64,000 nucleotides of DNA from an uncultured Planctomycetales bacterium (GCA_964535935.1 CAZHWM010000004.1:47569-111568), one strand, 5' to 3'. Shown: positions 39,552 to 48,550, counted from the first letter of the stretch. Translations and numbers: made by a program. The notes: a model not told the origin generated them from the letters alone.

Positions 39552-40082
39552 TTATTGACTTTTGCTAGAGGGAGATTGCTTGGTCCTTGTAGCCAGTTCA
39601 CGATCTATCATAAACATGCCATTTTGTGAGCCTTCTATCAGTTTAAGTTGTTGTACAATAGCCTTTACAGAGGCTTCTTCTTCAACTTGTTCATTTACGA
39701 ACCATTGCAAAAAGACTTCAGTTGCCAAATCATTCTCTTTTCTTGCAATATCTACGAGTTCTGATATCATTGCTGTTATTTTTTGCTCATGATTATATGC
39801 TGCTTTAAATGCATCTAAGGCAGATTCCCATTTTAAAGGAGGGTTTTCTATGGCTTGTAATATTACTCTTCCATCACGTTCTTTTATATAATCAAATATT
39901 TTTTCTGCATGGATTATTTCTTCAGTATATTGTATTCTCATCCAGTTAGCCGCACCGGGCATATCTATGGAATCGAACCATGCAGACATAGCAAGATAGA
40001 GATAGGCAGAATAAAACTCGGCATTGACTTGTTTGTTTAGGGCCTCTTGCATTTTTCCTGTTATCATTCTTAATTCCTCCAT
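39552..40082 (-). CDS. Non-heme ferritin
   Basis: 176 aa; ferritin-like four-helix diiron signature (E…EExH…E…QxxEE). Confidence 0.8.
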   Translation of the reverse strand: MEELRMITGKMQEALNKQVNAEFYSAYLYLAMSAWFDSIDMPGAANWMRIQYTEEIIHAEKIFDYIKERDGRVILQAIENPPLKWESALDAFKAAYNHEQKITAMISELVDIARKENDLATEVFLQWFVNEQVEEEASVKAIVQQLKLIEGSQNGMFMIDRELATRTKQSPSSKSQ

Positions 40083-40459
40083 AATCCGTGCAGATTACAG
40101 TATGCACGTACTTCTATTATATTTATATTTTCATCTGCATTAATTTCAAATTTTGCTTCAGGGATGTCCCCAGGATTAAAAAATTCCCTATATGATTTAT
40201 TTCCTGTGTTAATTTGTATCCATTCTATATAATGTGCATCTTCCATAGGATGGGGGCTGCTGCCTACTTTTACAATAATCCCATTTGTTGTTTTCTCAAG
40301 AATAGGAACATGTTTTTCTGTAGAGGCGTCTATGGAATTCTCTGTGCAAAGTGTCATTGGTTTTTCACAACATACCAGAGCAGGTTTACCTGTATGGACT
40401 ACTTCTACTATGTTACCGCATATTTCACATTTGTAGATTTGAAGTTTTTTTACAGTCAT
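40070..40459 (-). CDS. dfx: Desulfoferrodoxin (2Fe superoxide reductase)
   Basis: N-terminal desulforedoxin motif YKCEICGNIVEV…LVCCEKPM and C-terminal SOR domain (…HP…H…C..H); start placed at the ATG at 40459 after GAGGGAAG; the listed ORF extends further upstream. Confidence 0.85.
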   Translation of the reverse strand: MTVKKLQIYKCEICGNIVEVVHTGKPALVCCEKPMTLCTENSIDASTEKHVPILEKTTNGIIVKVGSSPHPMEDAHYIEWIQINTGNKSYREFFNPGDIPEAKFEINADENINIIEVRAYCNLHGLWRN

Positions 40460-40481
40460 GATCTTCCCTCTTTTTGCAGGG

Positions 40482-40510
40482 TTTATATAATATAATAGAT
40501 TTATAGGCAA
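40482..40510 (-). promoter_or_regulatory. sigma70-type promoter candidate for dfx (TTGCCT, 17 nt, TATAAA)
   Basis: On the minus strand: -35 TTGCCT (40510-40505), 17-nt spacer, -10 TATAAA (40487-40482), ~22 nt upstream of the dfx ATG. Confidence 0.3.
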
Positions 40511-40552
40511 GATTTAATGGGCTTGCTATATTTATGTAGAGATATTGGCCTA

Positions 40553-41125
40553 TTACCAATTTTCCCCAAGCAGTTCAAAATGTGCCTGTGGATGTGCACA
40601 TGCTGGGCATTTTTCAGGGGCCTCTTCACCTTCATGGAGGTAGCCGCAGTTTCTGCATCGCCATATTACTTTACCATCTCGTTTAAATACTCTACCTGCT
40701 TCTATGTTTGCAGCAAGCTCTTTATAGCGTTTTTCATGTTGTTTTTCTGCTACTGCTATTGCCTCAAATATTTTTGCTATGTCTTCGAATCCCTCTTCAC
40801 GTGCTATTTTGGCAAACTCAGGATACATTTTTGTATGTTCATAGTTTTCTCCTGCCGCGGCGGCTTTGAGGTTTTCTAGTGTTGTCCCGATTATACCTGC
40901 GGGGAATGTTGCGGTAATTTCGACTTCCCCACCTTCGAGCAACTTAAATAATCTTTTAGCATGTTCTTTTTCTTGATTTGCAGTTTCTTCAAATATAGCT
41001 GCCATTTGAATCAATCCTTCTTTTCGCGCTTTGGCTGAAAAGTAGGTATAACGGTTGCGTGCCTGTGATTCACCTGCAAAAGCTGTGAGGATATTTTTTT
41101 CTGTTTTTGTTCCTTTTAAAGACAT
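40553..41125 (-). CDS. rbr: Rubrerythrin
   Basis: 190 aa; ferritin-like diiron domain plus a C-terminal rubredoxin-like CxxC…CxxC (WRCRNCGY…CPAC). Confidence 0.9.
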   Translation of the reverse strand: MSLKGTKTEKNILTAFAGESQARNRYTYFSAKARKEGLIQMAAIFEETANQEKEHAKRLFKLLEGGEVEITATFPAGIIGTTLENLKAAAAGENYEHTKMYPEFAKIAREEGFEDIAKIFEAIAVAEKQHEKRYKELAANIEAGRVFKRDGKVIWRCRNCGYLHEGEEAPEKCPACAHPQAHFELLGENW

Positions 41126-41158
41126 TGTATTGCCCCCTTTTTTTTGTTTGTTATAGAT

Positions 41159-41974
41159 TTATAGAAATGGCACTATATCCATTTCATCCCTAATGCCAAG
41201 TCTAGTTAAAGCAAAGTCATATTTTACGGGATCATTAGGTTGTATGTATTTGAATTTCTCTGTAATCTCAATAGCTGTTTTAAGGTCAACATTTTTTCTT
41301 TTTGTGAAGCCAAGGGTATGTGCTATCGTAAACATATGTGTGTCAACTGGTACGATAAGTATAGAAGATGGAATACCTTCCCAGCAGCCCGGATCTACTT
41401 TATCACTACGTACCATCCATCGCAAGAATAGATTGAATCTTTTGCAAGCACTTCCTTTAGAAGGGGAGGGAATAAGAAAGTTAATCTTATTACCAGAAGC
41501 CTTTTTTATCTCCTCACAGAACCCCATTAGCGCATAAATTATTTTGGGATGTTTTTTATTGTTAAGATGAGATTTAAATCCTGTTTCCAAAGAACCATAT
41601 TGTTTGATTATCCCTCTTATTCCAATGAGTAATGAAAACATGTCTTCTTCTGTTGTAAATCTATATTTAAATCCTAATATATCTTTTTTTATCTCAGAAG
41701 GAGATTTCGTCATTAAATATAGCCTTGGTCTTTTCCCTAATATATTTAGGATTTTTTGTACATTTTTTAATATTTGGTTTACTTTCCCGTATGCCAAGCT
41801 GGATGCTATTAATCCAACGATTTCTTGATCCAATCTGTCTTTATAGTTATATAAAAATTCAAGAGGATCAGGATGTATAAATTTGTAATGATTATAATAA
41901 TCGTATAATCTATTGAGTTGTATCTTTAATTCATCAGTGTGGCTCAGTTTTTTGTTTTGTTTTTTGTAAGTCAT
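41159..41974 (-). CDS. Conserved hypothetical protein (DUF2400/TIGR02757-like by recollection)
   Basis: 271 aa; co-directional and tightly packed between the Fur-family gene and rbr; the family assignment is from memory and unverified. Confidence 0.35.
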   Translation of the reverse strand: MTYKKQNKKLSHTDELKIQLNRLYDYYNHYKFIHPDPLEFLYNYKDRLDQEIVGLIASSLAYGKVNQILKNVQKILNILGKRPRLYLMTKSPSEIKKDILGFKYRFTTEEDMFSLLIGIRGIIKQYGSLETGFKSHLNNKKHPKIIYALMGFCEEIKKASGNKINFLIPSPSKGSACKRFNLFLRWMVRSDKVDPGCWEGIPSSILIVPVDTHMFTIAHTLGFTKRKNVDLKTAIEITEKFKYIQPNDPVKYDFALTRLGIRDEMDIVPFL

Positions 41975-42374
41975 TGGATTTGTCTTTACATTTAGGACAG
42001 ATTCCCCAAAATTCTACATTATGTTTAACCATTTTATAACCATATTTTTTTTCGATGATTTTATCTACTGCTATATTTTGTTTTAGAGATATATCATCTA
42101 TTTTTCCACAGTTTGTACATTTGATATGATAGTGTGGATGAGTATGACTGTCATAGCGAGCAGGACTCCCATCTATATCTAGTTTTAGTATTACTCCTTC
42201 ATTCACTAGTTTTTCAAGATTCCTATATATTGTACTTAAGCTTACTTTAGGTAGTCTTTTTTTTACTTTTTCATAAAGTTCTGTTGCATCAGGATGTGTG
42301 TATGTTTTTGTAAGTTCTTCTATAATAATCTGCCCTTGGGTTGTTTTTCTTGTTTTTTTTATATTATTTATCAT
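41934..42374 (-). CDS. Fur family transcriptional regulator (PerR-like)
   Basis: 146 aa; Fur-family HTH (…LSTIYRNLEKL…) and metal sites (HxHxH, CxxC…CxxC); heads the oxidative-stress operon. Confidence 0.8.
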   Translation of the reverse strand: MINNIKKTRKTTQGQIIIEELTKTYTHPDATELYEKVKKRLPKVSLSTIYRNLEKLVNEGVILKLDIDGSPARYDSHTHPHYHIKCTNCGKIDDISLKQNIAVDKIIEKKYGYKMVKHNVEFWGICPKCKDKSNDLQKTKQKTEPH

Positions 42375-42387
42375 AGTTTATTATCGC

Positions 42388-42408
42388 TAATGCTAATCAT
42401 TAGCATTA
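42388..42408. promoter_or_regulatory. Perfect 9-1-9 palindrome (TAATGCTAATCATTAGCATTA): candidate PerR/Fur-family operator
   Basis: AATGCTAAT-C-ATTAGCATT inverted repeat 14 bp upstream of the PerR-like start; same spacing as the classical 19-bp Fur box. Confidence 0.55.
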
Positions 42409-42690
42409 ATATATATTTTTTATTAATTTTGTCAAGTTATATTTAAAGAATTCAAGGATCCCAATAATTATTGTTATTTTTTTATTGATGTTATAAAAAA
42501 TATTAATGTATTGTATATTTTATTTGAATGTTTTTAAAATAGTTTATAAAATTCTTGTTTCTGATTATGATATATTTTAAAGTTTTTATTTATGTTAAAA
42601 AACGACAGAAATATTATTTAACATTTTACAAAATTTATTTTTACAGAACTATACATATCTTAATTTTTATATATGGAATGGGTATAATTT

Positions 42691-44208
42691 ATGTCAGAAA
42701 GGAACAATGGTAGGATTGCTTTTTTAAATTCACCTTACATATTAAAAGAAGATTTTCATCAACATATGCCACCGCTTTCTCTTCTCTATCTTGCTACTTA
42801 CATGAAAAGCAATGGATTTGATGTACGGATTTATAATTTAGATAGGTTTGTTAGGGATAAAGGATTTCGATACCTAGGCTATAATCTTAATAGTTTATTT
42901 AATAATCTTTCTTTGTTTAACCCTCAGATGATAGGCATAACATGTCAATATTCCGCAAGATGGCCATTTGTACAGAGGCTGATTGAGATAATTAAAAGAT
43001 GGTTTAAAGATATTCCTGTTGTGATAGGTGGAATTCATCCTACGTGTTTCCCTGAATATTGCCTCTGTTCAAGTAAGGCAGACTACATAATTTTAGGAGA
43101 AGGCGAGTTTAGTTGCTTGGAATTATTTAAACATGTTCTCTCAAGAACGACACCTTCTGGTTTAGATGGTGTGGCTTTTAGAGATAATAGTAAAATTATC
43201 TGCAACCCAAAGAAGAGTTTTATAACTGACCTTGATACTTTGCCTTTTCCTGATTATTCTTTGATTGATATAAATAGATATAAACAGCTTTGCAGGAAAG
43301 ATTATATAGCTCAATTAAAGGGAATGTATTTCCCAGTTTTAACTTCTAGGAGTTGTCCTAATCAGTGTAGGTATTGTAATTTATATCTTGTGCATGGTAG
43401 AAAATGGAGGGCGAGAAGTCCTGATAATGTAGTTAAGGAACTCAGCTATTTGGTGGAAACATATAAGGTAAGACAGTTTGCATTTGTAGATGATAATTTT
43501 TCATTCTCAAGAGAGCGTACTATTGCTATACTTAAAGAGATAGTTAATGGTAAAATAGGTCCTATTAAGTTTATCCCTTTAAATGGCTTATCAGTAAAGA
43601 CTTTGGATGATGAGGTTATATGGTATTTAAAGAAAGCAGGAGCACTTGAGGTATCCTTAGCGATTGAATCAGGAAGTGAATATATAAGAAATACTGTTTA
43701 TAATAAAAAGGTGTCTACGAAAAAGATAATAGAAGTAGTGAGGGCATGTAAAAAATACAATTTAATATGTAAGGCCTTTTTTATGGTAGGTGCACCAGAA
43801 GAGACAGATGATACTATTAAAGAGAGTATAGATTTGATGCGGGAGATTAGAATACCTGCTAGTTTTAGTATTACAACTCCTTTTAAGGGGACAAAGTTAT
43901 ATGATTATTATATGAAAAAAAAACTTATTAGTGAAGACGAGCTTAAGCGAGGTTACTTTTTGGATCTTCGTTTACCTATAGGAAATACAAAAAGTTATAC
44001 GCAGATTATTCAGTGGAGAAGAAAACTTATGATTTATAATATATGGTATTCGTTACCGGAGCTACTTAAACACTCAAAACTACTTACATTTCATAATTTT
44101 AATAGACTTTTGGCAACGGTTTTATTTCCAAAGAAACTTACTATGGATATTATAAATTATGCTATGGATAAGTATATGCCGTTATTTCGATATCGAAAAA
44201 ATGTATAA
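42691..44208 (+). CDS. B12-binding-domain radical SAM protein
   Basis: 505 aa; N-terminal cobalamin-binding-like domain and CxxxCxxC (SCPNQCRYC) radical SAM motif. Confidence 0.8.
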   Translation: MSERNNGRIAFLNSPYILKEDFHQHMPPLSLLYLATYMKSNGFDVRIYNLDRFVRDKGFRYLGYNLNSLFNNLSLFNPQMIGITCQYSARWPFVQRLIEIIKRWFKDIPVVIGGIHPTCFPEYCLCSSKADYIILGEGEFSCLELFKHVLSRTTPSGLDGVAFRDNSKIICNPKKSFITDLDTLPFPDYSLIDINRYKQLCRKDYIAQLKGMYFPVLTSRSCPNQCRYCNLYLVHGRKWRARSPDNVVKELSYLVETYKVRQFAFVDDNFSFSRERTIAILKEIVNGKIGPIKFIPLNGLSVKTLDDEVIWYLKKAGALEVSLAIESGSEYIRNTVYNKKVSTKKIIEVVRACKKYNLICKAFFMVGAPEETDDTIKESIDLMREIRIPASFSITTPFKGTKLYDYYMKKKLISEDELKRGYFLDLRLPIGNTKSYTQIIQWRRKLMIYNIWYSLPELLKHSKLLTFHNFNRLLATVLFPKKLTMDIINYAMDKYMPLFRYRKNV

Positions 44209-44304
44209 ATAGATAATGATATTTTGTATTCGGTGATTATGGGTTGTTGCCCTTGCTATTTTGAAATAGTATTTTTATAAATTTTAGTTAAGCAGGAGTG
44301 AGTT

Positions 44305-45066
44305 ATGTATAGGTTTTATTGTCCAGGGGTAAATTTTAGCTCCACATCAGTATGTTTATCTAATCCTGATGAAGTGCATCATTTGCGGATAGTGTTAAGG
44401 TTGAAGGAAGGAGATAAGATATATCTGTTCGATGGCAAGGGGAATGAGGCAGAAGGTATTATTTCATCAGTTGGGATGAGAAAGGTGATAGTTAATATTA
44501 TTTCTGTTAAACAATATATAAGAAATTCACCCGATATTATTTTGGCATGTGCTGTGCCTAAAAGAGGGAAGTTCGAGGTTATTGTAGAAAAGGCAACAGA
44601 ATTGGGAGTGACTGAAATTATCCCGTTAGAGACAGAGCGAACGGAGATTATTTTCAATAAAGATAAATTATTACATAAGCTCGAACGTTTTAAAACAATA
44701 GCGATTAATGCATCAAAACAATCTGGGAGAAGTATTATTCCTATTATCCATACTCCTATGGAATTCTCAGTGGCACTTGATTTGTTGACGAAGTCAGGAG
44801 TTGCTATTATACCAAGTCTTATAGGGGAACGAAAAAATTTATTATATATTTTAAAAAATTTGCAGATACCATCTAAAATATCTTTTTTTATTGGTCCTGA
44901 AGGAGACTTTACAGAAGCCGAGTATGAGATGGCTAAAGAGAAAGGTTGTGTTCCTGTGAGCTTAGGTAATACTATATTAAGGGTAGAGACAGCTGCTATT
45001 ACGGTTGTTGCCTGTGCACACCTATTTTTTTCTGTGGATAGCACAAAAGGACCTTTATTATTGTAA
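44305..45066 (+). CDS. rsmE: 16S rRNA (uracil1498-N3)-methyltransferase
   Basis: 253 aa; RsmE-family N-terminal PUA-like and C-terminal SPOUT motifs (GPEGDFT). Confidence 0.8.
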   Translation: MYRFYCPGVNFSSTSVCLSNPDEVHHLRIVLRLKEGDKIYLFDGKGNEAEGIISSVGMRKVIVNIISVKQYIRNSPDIILACAVPKRGKFEVIVEKATELGVTEIIPLETERTEIIFNKDKLLHKLERFKTIAINASKQSGRSIIPIIHTPMEFSVALDLLTKSGVAIIPSLIGERKNLLYILKNLQIPSKISFFIGPEGDFTEAEYEMAKEKGCVPVSLGNTILRVETAAITVVACAHLFFSVDSTKGPLLL

Positions 45067-45071
45067 AACAT

Positions 45072-46886
45072 ATGCACTTATTTAATATTTTGCGTACATC
45101 TTTTAATAGCCTTCGTAGACCGGCAGTTTTGATATTTTTTTTAGCCTACATTGTTAGGCTTTTAATGAATGATGCATTGATGAGGCATTATTTCTTCTAT
45201 TTTAATCCCAGTTCAGATGTCATTTATTATGATAATTGGGCAAGGGATATAGTTTATCATAATTGGATAGGCAGGGATGTGTTCTGGGGAATGCCGTTAT
45301 ATCCTTATTTCTTGGCAATACTTTACTCTATAACATTTTCTAATCCATATTTAATACGTATTATTCATATTTTAATTGGAGCAGTTAATTGTAGTCTTAC
45401 ATATTTGGTTGCCAGTAAGATATTTGATAAAAAGGTAGGAGTGGTTGCAGGAGTCCTTGTTGCAACTAATTTTACCTTGATTTGTTACGATTGTCTTATG
45501 ATGCCAGTAGGATTAAATATTTTTTTGAGTTTAAGCATTATCTATTTTTTCTTACATAGAGAGCAAATGAAGAAAAAGAGAGAGTGGTTTTTTTTAGGAA
45601 TTATTATTGGTTTGAGTGCATTAGGCGATGGGAAGATGTTGTTATTTTCTTTGGGTATTATTGCTTATTTTTTTGTGGTTTATAGGCATAAACTACAGAA
45701 ATATGTATTGAGAGCGTTAATTCCGTTAGGATTGGGTATTTTTATAATTTTATCAGGGGTTGGATTAAGAAATAAACTTATAGGCGGGGATTGGATATGG
45801 ATAAGTGCCCAGAGTGGGTTAAGTTTTTTTGTTGGGAATAATCCAGATGCCAATGGAGTCTTTAGTAATCCATCATTCATAAGACCTGATCATAGGGGAC
45901 AGGATGAGGATCAAAAAATTATTGCTAGCAAATATGCAGGTCGTAGTCTAAGACCGTCAGAGGTATCATATTTTTGGTTTAAAAAAGGGATTAATTATAT
46001 TTTATCTTCGCCAATATCTTATAGCAGACTTTTATTAAAGAAATTTTTACTTTTTTTTACTGATACAGAAGATGCCTATGATATGGATATGCTTTTTTTG
46101 CGTGACTGGAAGAATATGCTCGATATTAATCCTTTTAGTATAATCTGTTATCTTGCTATACTTGGCATTCTTTTTATGAGAAAAAAATATAAGGAGAGTA
46201 TTTTTATTAATATTATGATATTAAGCCAGTTAGTTTTTACATTAATTTTTTTCCTTACTAATAAGCATAGGGCATCTATTTTGCCATTTTTAATTATGTA
46301 TGAGACTTGTGCATTATTTTGGTTGGTAGAGCAAATAAGAGAGAGAAGATTATTAAGAATAACATGTGTTGTTATGTCTTTTTTTGTATTTGTCTTAATA
46401 TTTAAGCCCAAGCAGGTGGCTTCTAATATGATCGATTTCTTAAAGAATTCCAAAGAATGTGTGGTTTATGGTAGAAGGAATAATTATAAAAAGGCAGTAG
46501 AGGCATGTAAGAAGGCCTTGGCCATAAGGCCATATGATACGAATACATTGTATAATCTTGCAAATATTTATCTATTTAATAATGAATTTATAAAAGCAAG
46601 GCAATATTATAAGAGGGTATTAAATATTAATCCATATCAGGTTGATGCTATGTATAATCTTGCATATATATATAAACAGAAAGCAGATTATGACCGTGCC
46701 TTGCAATTATATAAATATATTCTTACTTTGAGAGAGAGTATAGATGTGCATTATCAGATGGCATCTATATATCATATTATGGGTAAGTGTGATAAGGCTA
46801 AAGAGCATTATCTACGTATTCAAGAGCTTGCCCCTCAGTTGGCCAAGAATATAGGGATTAGACAGGCCATTGCAGTTTGTAAATAG
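45072..46886 (+). CDS. GT-C (family 39/ArnT-like) glycosyltransferase fused to C-terminal TPR repeats
   Basis: 604 aa; ~400-aa polytopic N-terminal domain then a TPR region (…YNLANIY…YNLAYIY…). Confidence 0.55.
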   Translation: MHLFNILRTSFNSLRRPAVLIFFLAYIVRLLMNDALMRHYFFYFNPSSDVIYYDNWARDIVYHNWIGRDVFWGMPLYPYFLAILYSITFSNPYLIRIIHILIGAVNCSLTYLVASKIFDKKVGVVAGVLVATNFTLICYDCLMMPVGLNIFLSLSIIYFFLHREQMKKKREWFFLGIIIGLSALGDGKMLLFSLGIIAYFFVVYRHKLQKYVLRALIPLGLGIFIILSGVGLRNKLIGGDWIWISAQSGLSFFVGNNPDANGVFSNPSFIRPDHRGQDEDQKIIASKYAGRSLRPSEVSYFWFKKGINYILSSPISYSRLLLKKFLLFFTDTEDAYDMDMLFLRDWKNMLDINPFSIICYLAILGILFMRKKYKESIFINIMILSQLVFTLIFFLTNKHRASILPFLIMYETCALFWLVEQIRERRLLRITCVVMSFFVFVLIFKPKQVASNMIDFLKNSKECVVYGRRNNYKKAVEACKKALAIRPYDTNTLYNLANIYLFNNEFIKARQYYKRVLNINPYQVDAMYNLAYIYKQKADYDRALQLYKYILTLRESIDVHYQMASIYHIMGKCDKAKEHYLRIQELAPQLAKNIGIRQAIAVCK

Positions 46887-47037
46887 TAAGCTGAAAGAAA
46901 TTATTGGTTTTTATTATAAAAAGAGATATTTGGGAATCTTAAGTATATAATTTCTTAATCCACTTTTTTGTAATATTTTGTGAGCATTAGATTTTTTTTA
47001 TATGTATTAATTTTGAAAACATTAAGAAATTTAAAGC

Positions 47038-47088
47038 TTGACAGCATTTATTTTGTTTGTTATATTTGATAATGAAAACCATTATCAA
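47038..47088 (+). promoter_or_regulatory. sigma70 promoter (TTGACA, 17 nt, TATATT) overlapped by a Fur-box-like palindrome
   Basis: TTGACA 47038-47043, -10 TATATT 47061-47066; palindrome TTGATAATG-AAAAC-CATTATCAA at 47066-47088 matches 16/19 of the GATAATGATAATCATTATC consensus. Confidence 0.6.
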
Positions 47089-47104
47089 ATAGAAGGGATA
47101 AAAA

Positions 47105-47578
47105 ATGTCTGGTAATATGAATGCGAAACGACCGTGGTGGCATGGAAGATTTAGAGGATGTGGATATAGGATTACTGCAAGTAGGGAGGTTATATTGAAA
47201 GTGTTGTCGGAAACCAAAAAGCATCTTAGTGCAGAAGAAATATTTATTAGTGCTCATAAACTTAATCCGGCTATAGGTCTTACTACTATATATAGGACAT
47301 TAGATATATTGGTGAGTATGGGACTCATTTCTAAATTTGATTTTGGCGATGGCAGATCGAGATATGAGTTATCAGAAGGTCCAGATGGTAGTAGACATCA
47401 CCATCATCTTATATGTACATCGTGTAATAGAGTTATAGATTATACTGATTTTATAGATGAAGAGGTTGATTTATTAATACGGACAGAAAAAGGGCTTTCT
47501 GAGAAATATAATTTTAAGATATCACATCATTTAATTCAATTTTATGGTTTGTGTAGTAATTGTCAGAAGCGTAGTTAG
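47105..47578 (+). CDS. fur: Fur family metalloregulator
   Basis: 157 aa; Fur HTH (…LTTIYRTLDIL…), HHHH metal site, CxxC…CxxC. Confidence 0.85.
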   Translation: MSGNMNAKRPWWHGRFRGCGYRITASREVILKVLSETKKHLSAEEIFISAHKLNPAIGLTTIYRTLDILVSMGLISKFDFGDGRSRYELSEGPDGSRHHHHLICTSCNRVIDYTDFIDEEVDLLIRTEKGLSEKYNFKISHHLIQFYGLCSNCQKRS

Positions 47579-47621
47579 CGATTGTTTTTTGTTTGTTGAA
47601 AACAGCCAATTTTTATAAATA

Positions 47622-47648
47622 TTGATGAAAACGGTTATCATTATTATT
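47622..47648 (+). promoter_or_regulatory. Second Fur-box-like site (TTGATGAAAACGGTTATCATTATTATT)
   Basis: Shares the ATGAAAACnnTTATCA core with the site at 47066-47088; ~60 bp upstream of the DUF5320 gene. Confidence 0.35.
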
Positions 47649-47706
47649 AATATGTCTTTAAATTTTTACATTAAAAGGATATATATTTAAAGAAAGGAGG
47701 TGCTGT

Positions 47707-48030
47707 ATGCCAAGAGGAGATGGGACAGGTCCGGCAGGTGCAGGCCCCATGACAGGTGGCGGTTGGGGATATTGTGCAGGATTTAATGTCCCTGGATATC
47801 TGAATGTAGGTGCCGGGGGATTTGGTTTTCCTTCTGGTCGTGGACTAGGATTAGGCTTGAGGGGCAGGAGAGGGTTTAGAAATATGTTCTATGCAACAGG
47901 TCTGCCTGCTTGGGCAAGAGGAGAATATCCTCAAAAACAAGATGCCTCTGTATTGAAAGCCGAAGAGGAGGCTTTAAAAAAGAGGTTAGAGGCAGTTCGT
48001 AAGCAACTTGATAGTTTAGAACAGTCATAA
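47707..48030 (+). CDS. DUF5320-like glycine-rich protein
   Basis: 107 aa; N-terminal MPRGDGTGPxGxGPMTGGGxGYCAGF…GYxNxG…GLPxWAR motif string plus a C-terminal coiled coil; GGAGG RBS. Confidence 0.6.
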   Translation: MPRGDGTGPAGAGPMTGGGWGYCAGFNVPGYLNVGAGGFGFPSGRGLGLGLRGRRGFRNMFYATGLPAWARGEYPQKQDASVLKAEEEALKKRLEAVRKQLDSLEQS

Positions 48031-48045
48031 GATTAATAGCTTAAT

Positions 48046-48120
48046 GCTATTCTGCACTATTTAACCTTGTTAAATAGTGAAAAATGCACAAATCAACAAG
48101 GTTAAATAGTGCAGAATAGC
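48046..48120. repeat. Perfect 26-bp inverted repeat with a 23-nt loop (large hairpin)
   Basis: GCTATTCTGCACTATTTAACCTTGTT (48046-48071) and its exact reverse complement at 48095-48120. Confidence 0.9.
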
Positions 48121-48157
48121 GGAATAGGGAATTTAGTGAATTGTGAAGGGAGTGATT

Positions 48158-48550
48158 ATGCGTATTGCAATTTCTACAGATAACGGTATGGTATCTGCAC
48201 ATTTTGGTAGGTGTCCTGTTTTTACGATTGTAGAAATAGAGAATGGTAATATTCTTAAAAAAGAACAAATAGAGAATCCAGGTCATCAACCAGGGCTTAT
48301 ACCGCAATTTTTACATGAGAAGGGGATAAATTGTATTGTAGCAGGTGGTATGGGTATGAGAGCAAAGGGTTTTTTTGAGGAGTTTGGTATAGAAACCATA
48401 ACGGGTATATCAGGAAGTGTTGATGATGTTATAGATGAACTGATTAATGGTACTTTGAAAGGGACAGATAGTTTGTGTATTCCGGGTGAAGGAAAAGGTT
48501 ATGGTTTGGATAAACAGATATGCGATCATGGTTATAACCATGGTTGTTAA
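48158..48550 (+). CDS. NifX/NifB-C-terminal-like dinitrogenase FeMo-cofactor-binding domain protein (Nitro_FeMo-Co family)
   Basis: MRIAISTDNG…FGRCPVF…GINCIVAGGMG pattern of the Nitro_FeMo-Co family; ATG at 48158 after GAAGGGAG. Confidence 0.7.
   Translation: MRIAISTDNGMVSAHFGRCPVFTIVEIENGNILKKEQIENPGHQPGLIPQFLHEKGINCIVAGGMGMRAKGFFEEFGIETITGISGSVDDVIDELINGTLKGTDSLCIPGEGKGYGLDKQICDHGYNHGC

Noticed and set aside
48047-48307. 86-aa minus-strand ORF overlapping the 26-bp hairpin and the start of the first NifX-like gene
   Set aside because: It runs antisense through a structured intergenic element and a conserved-domain CDS, with no RBS or homology signal. It is spurious.
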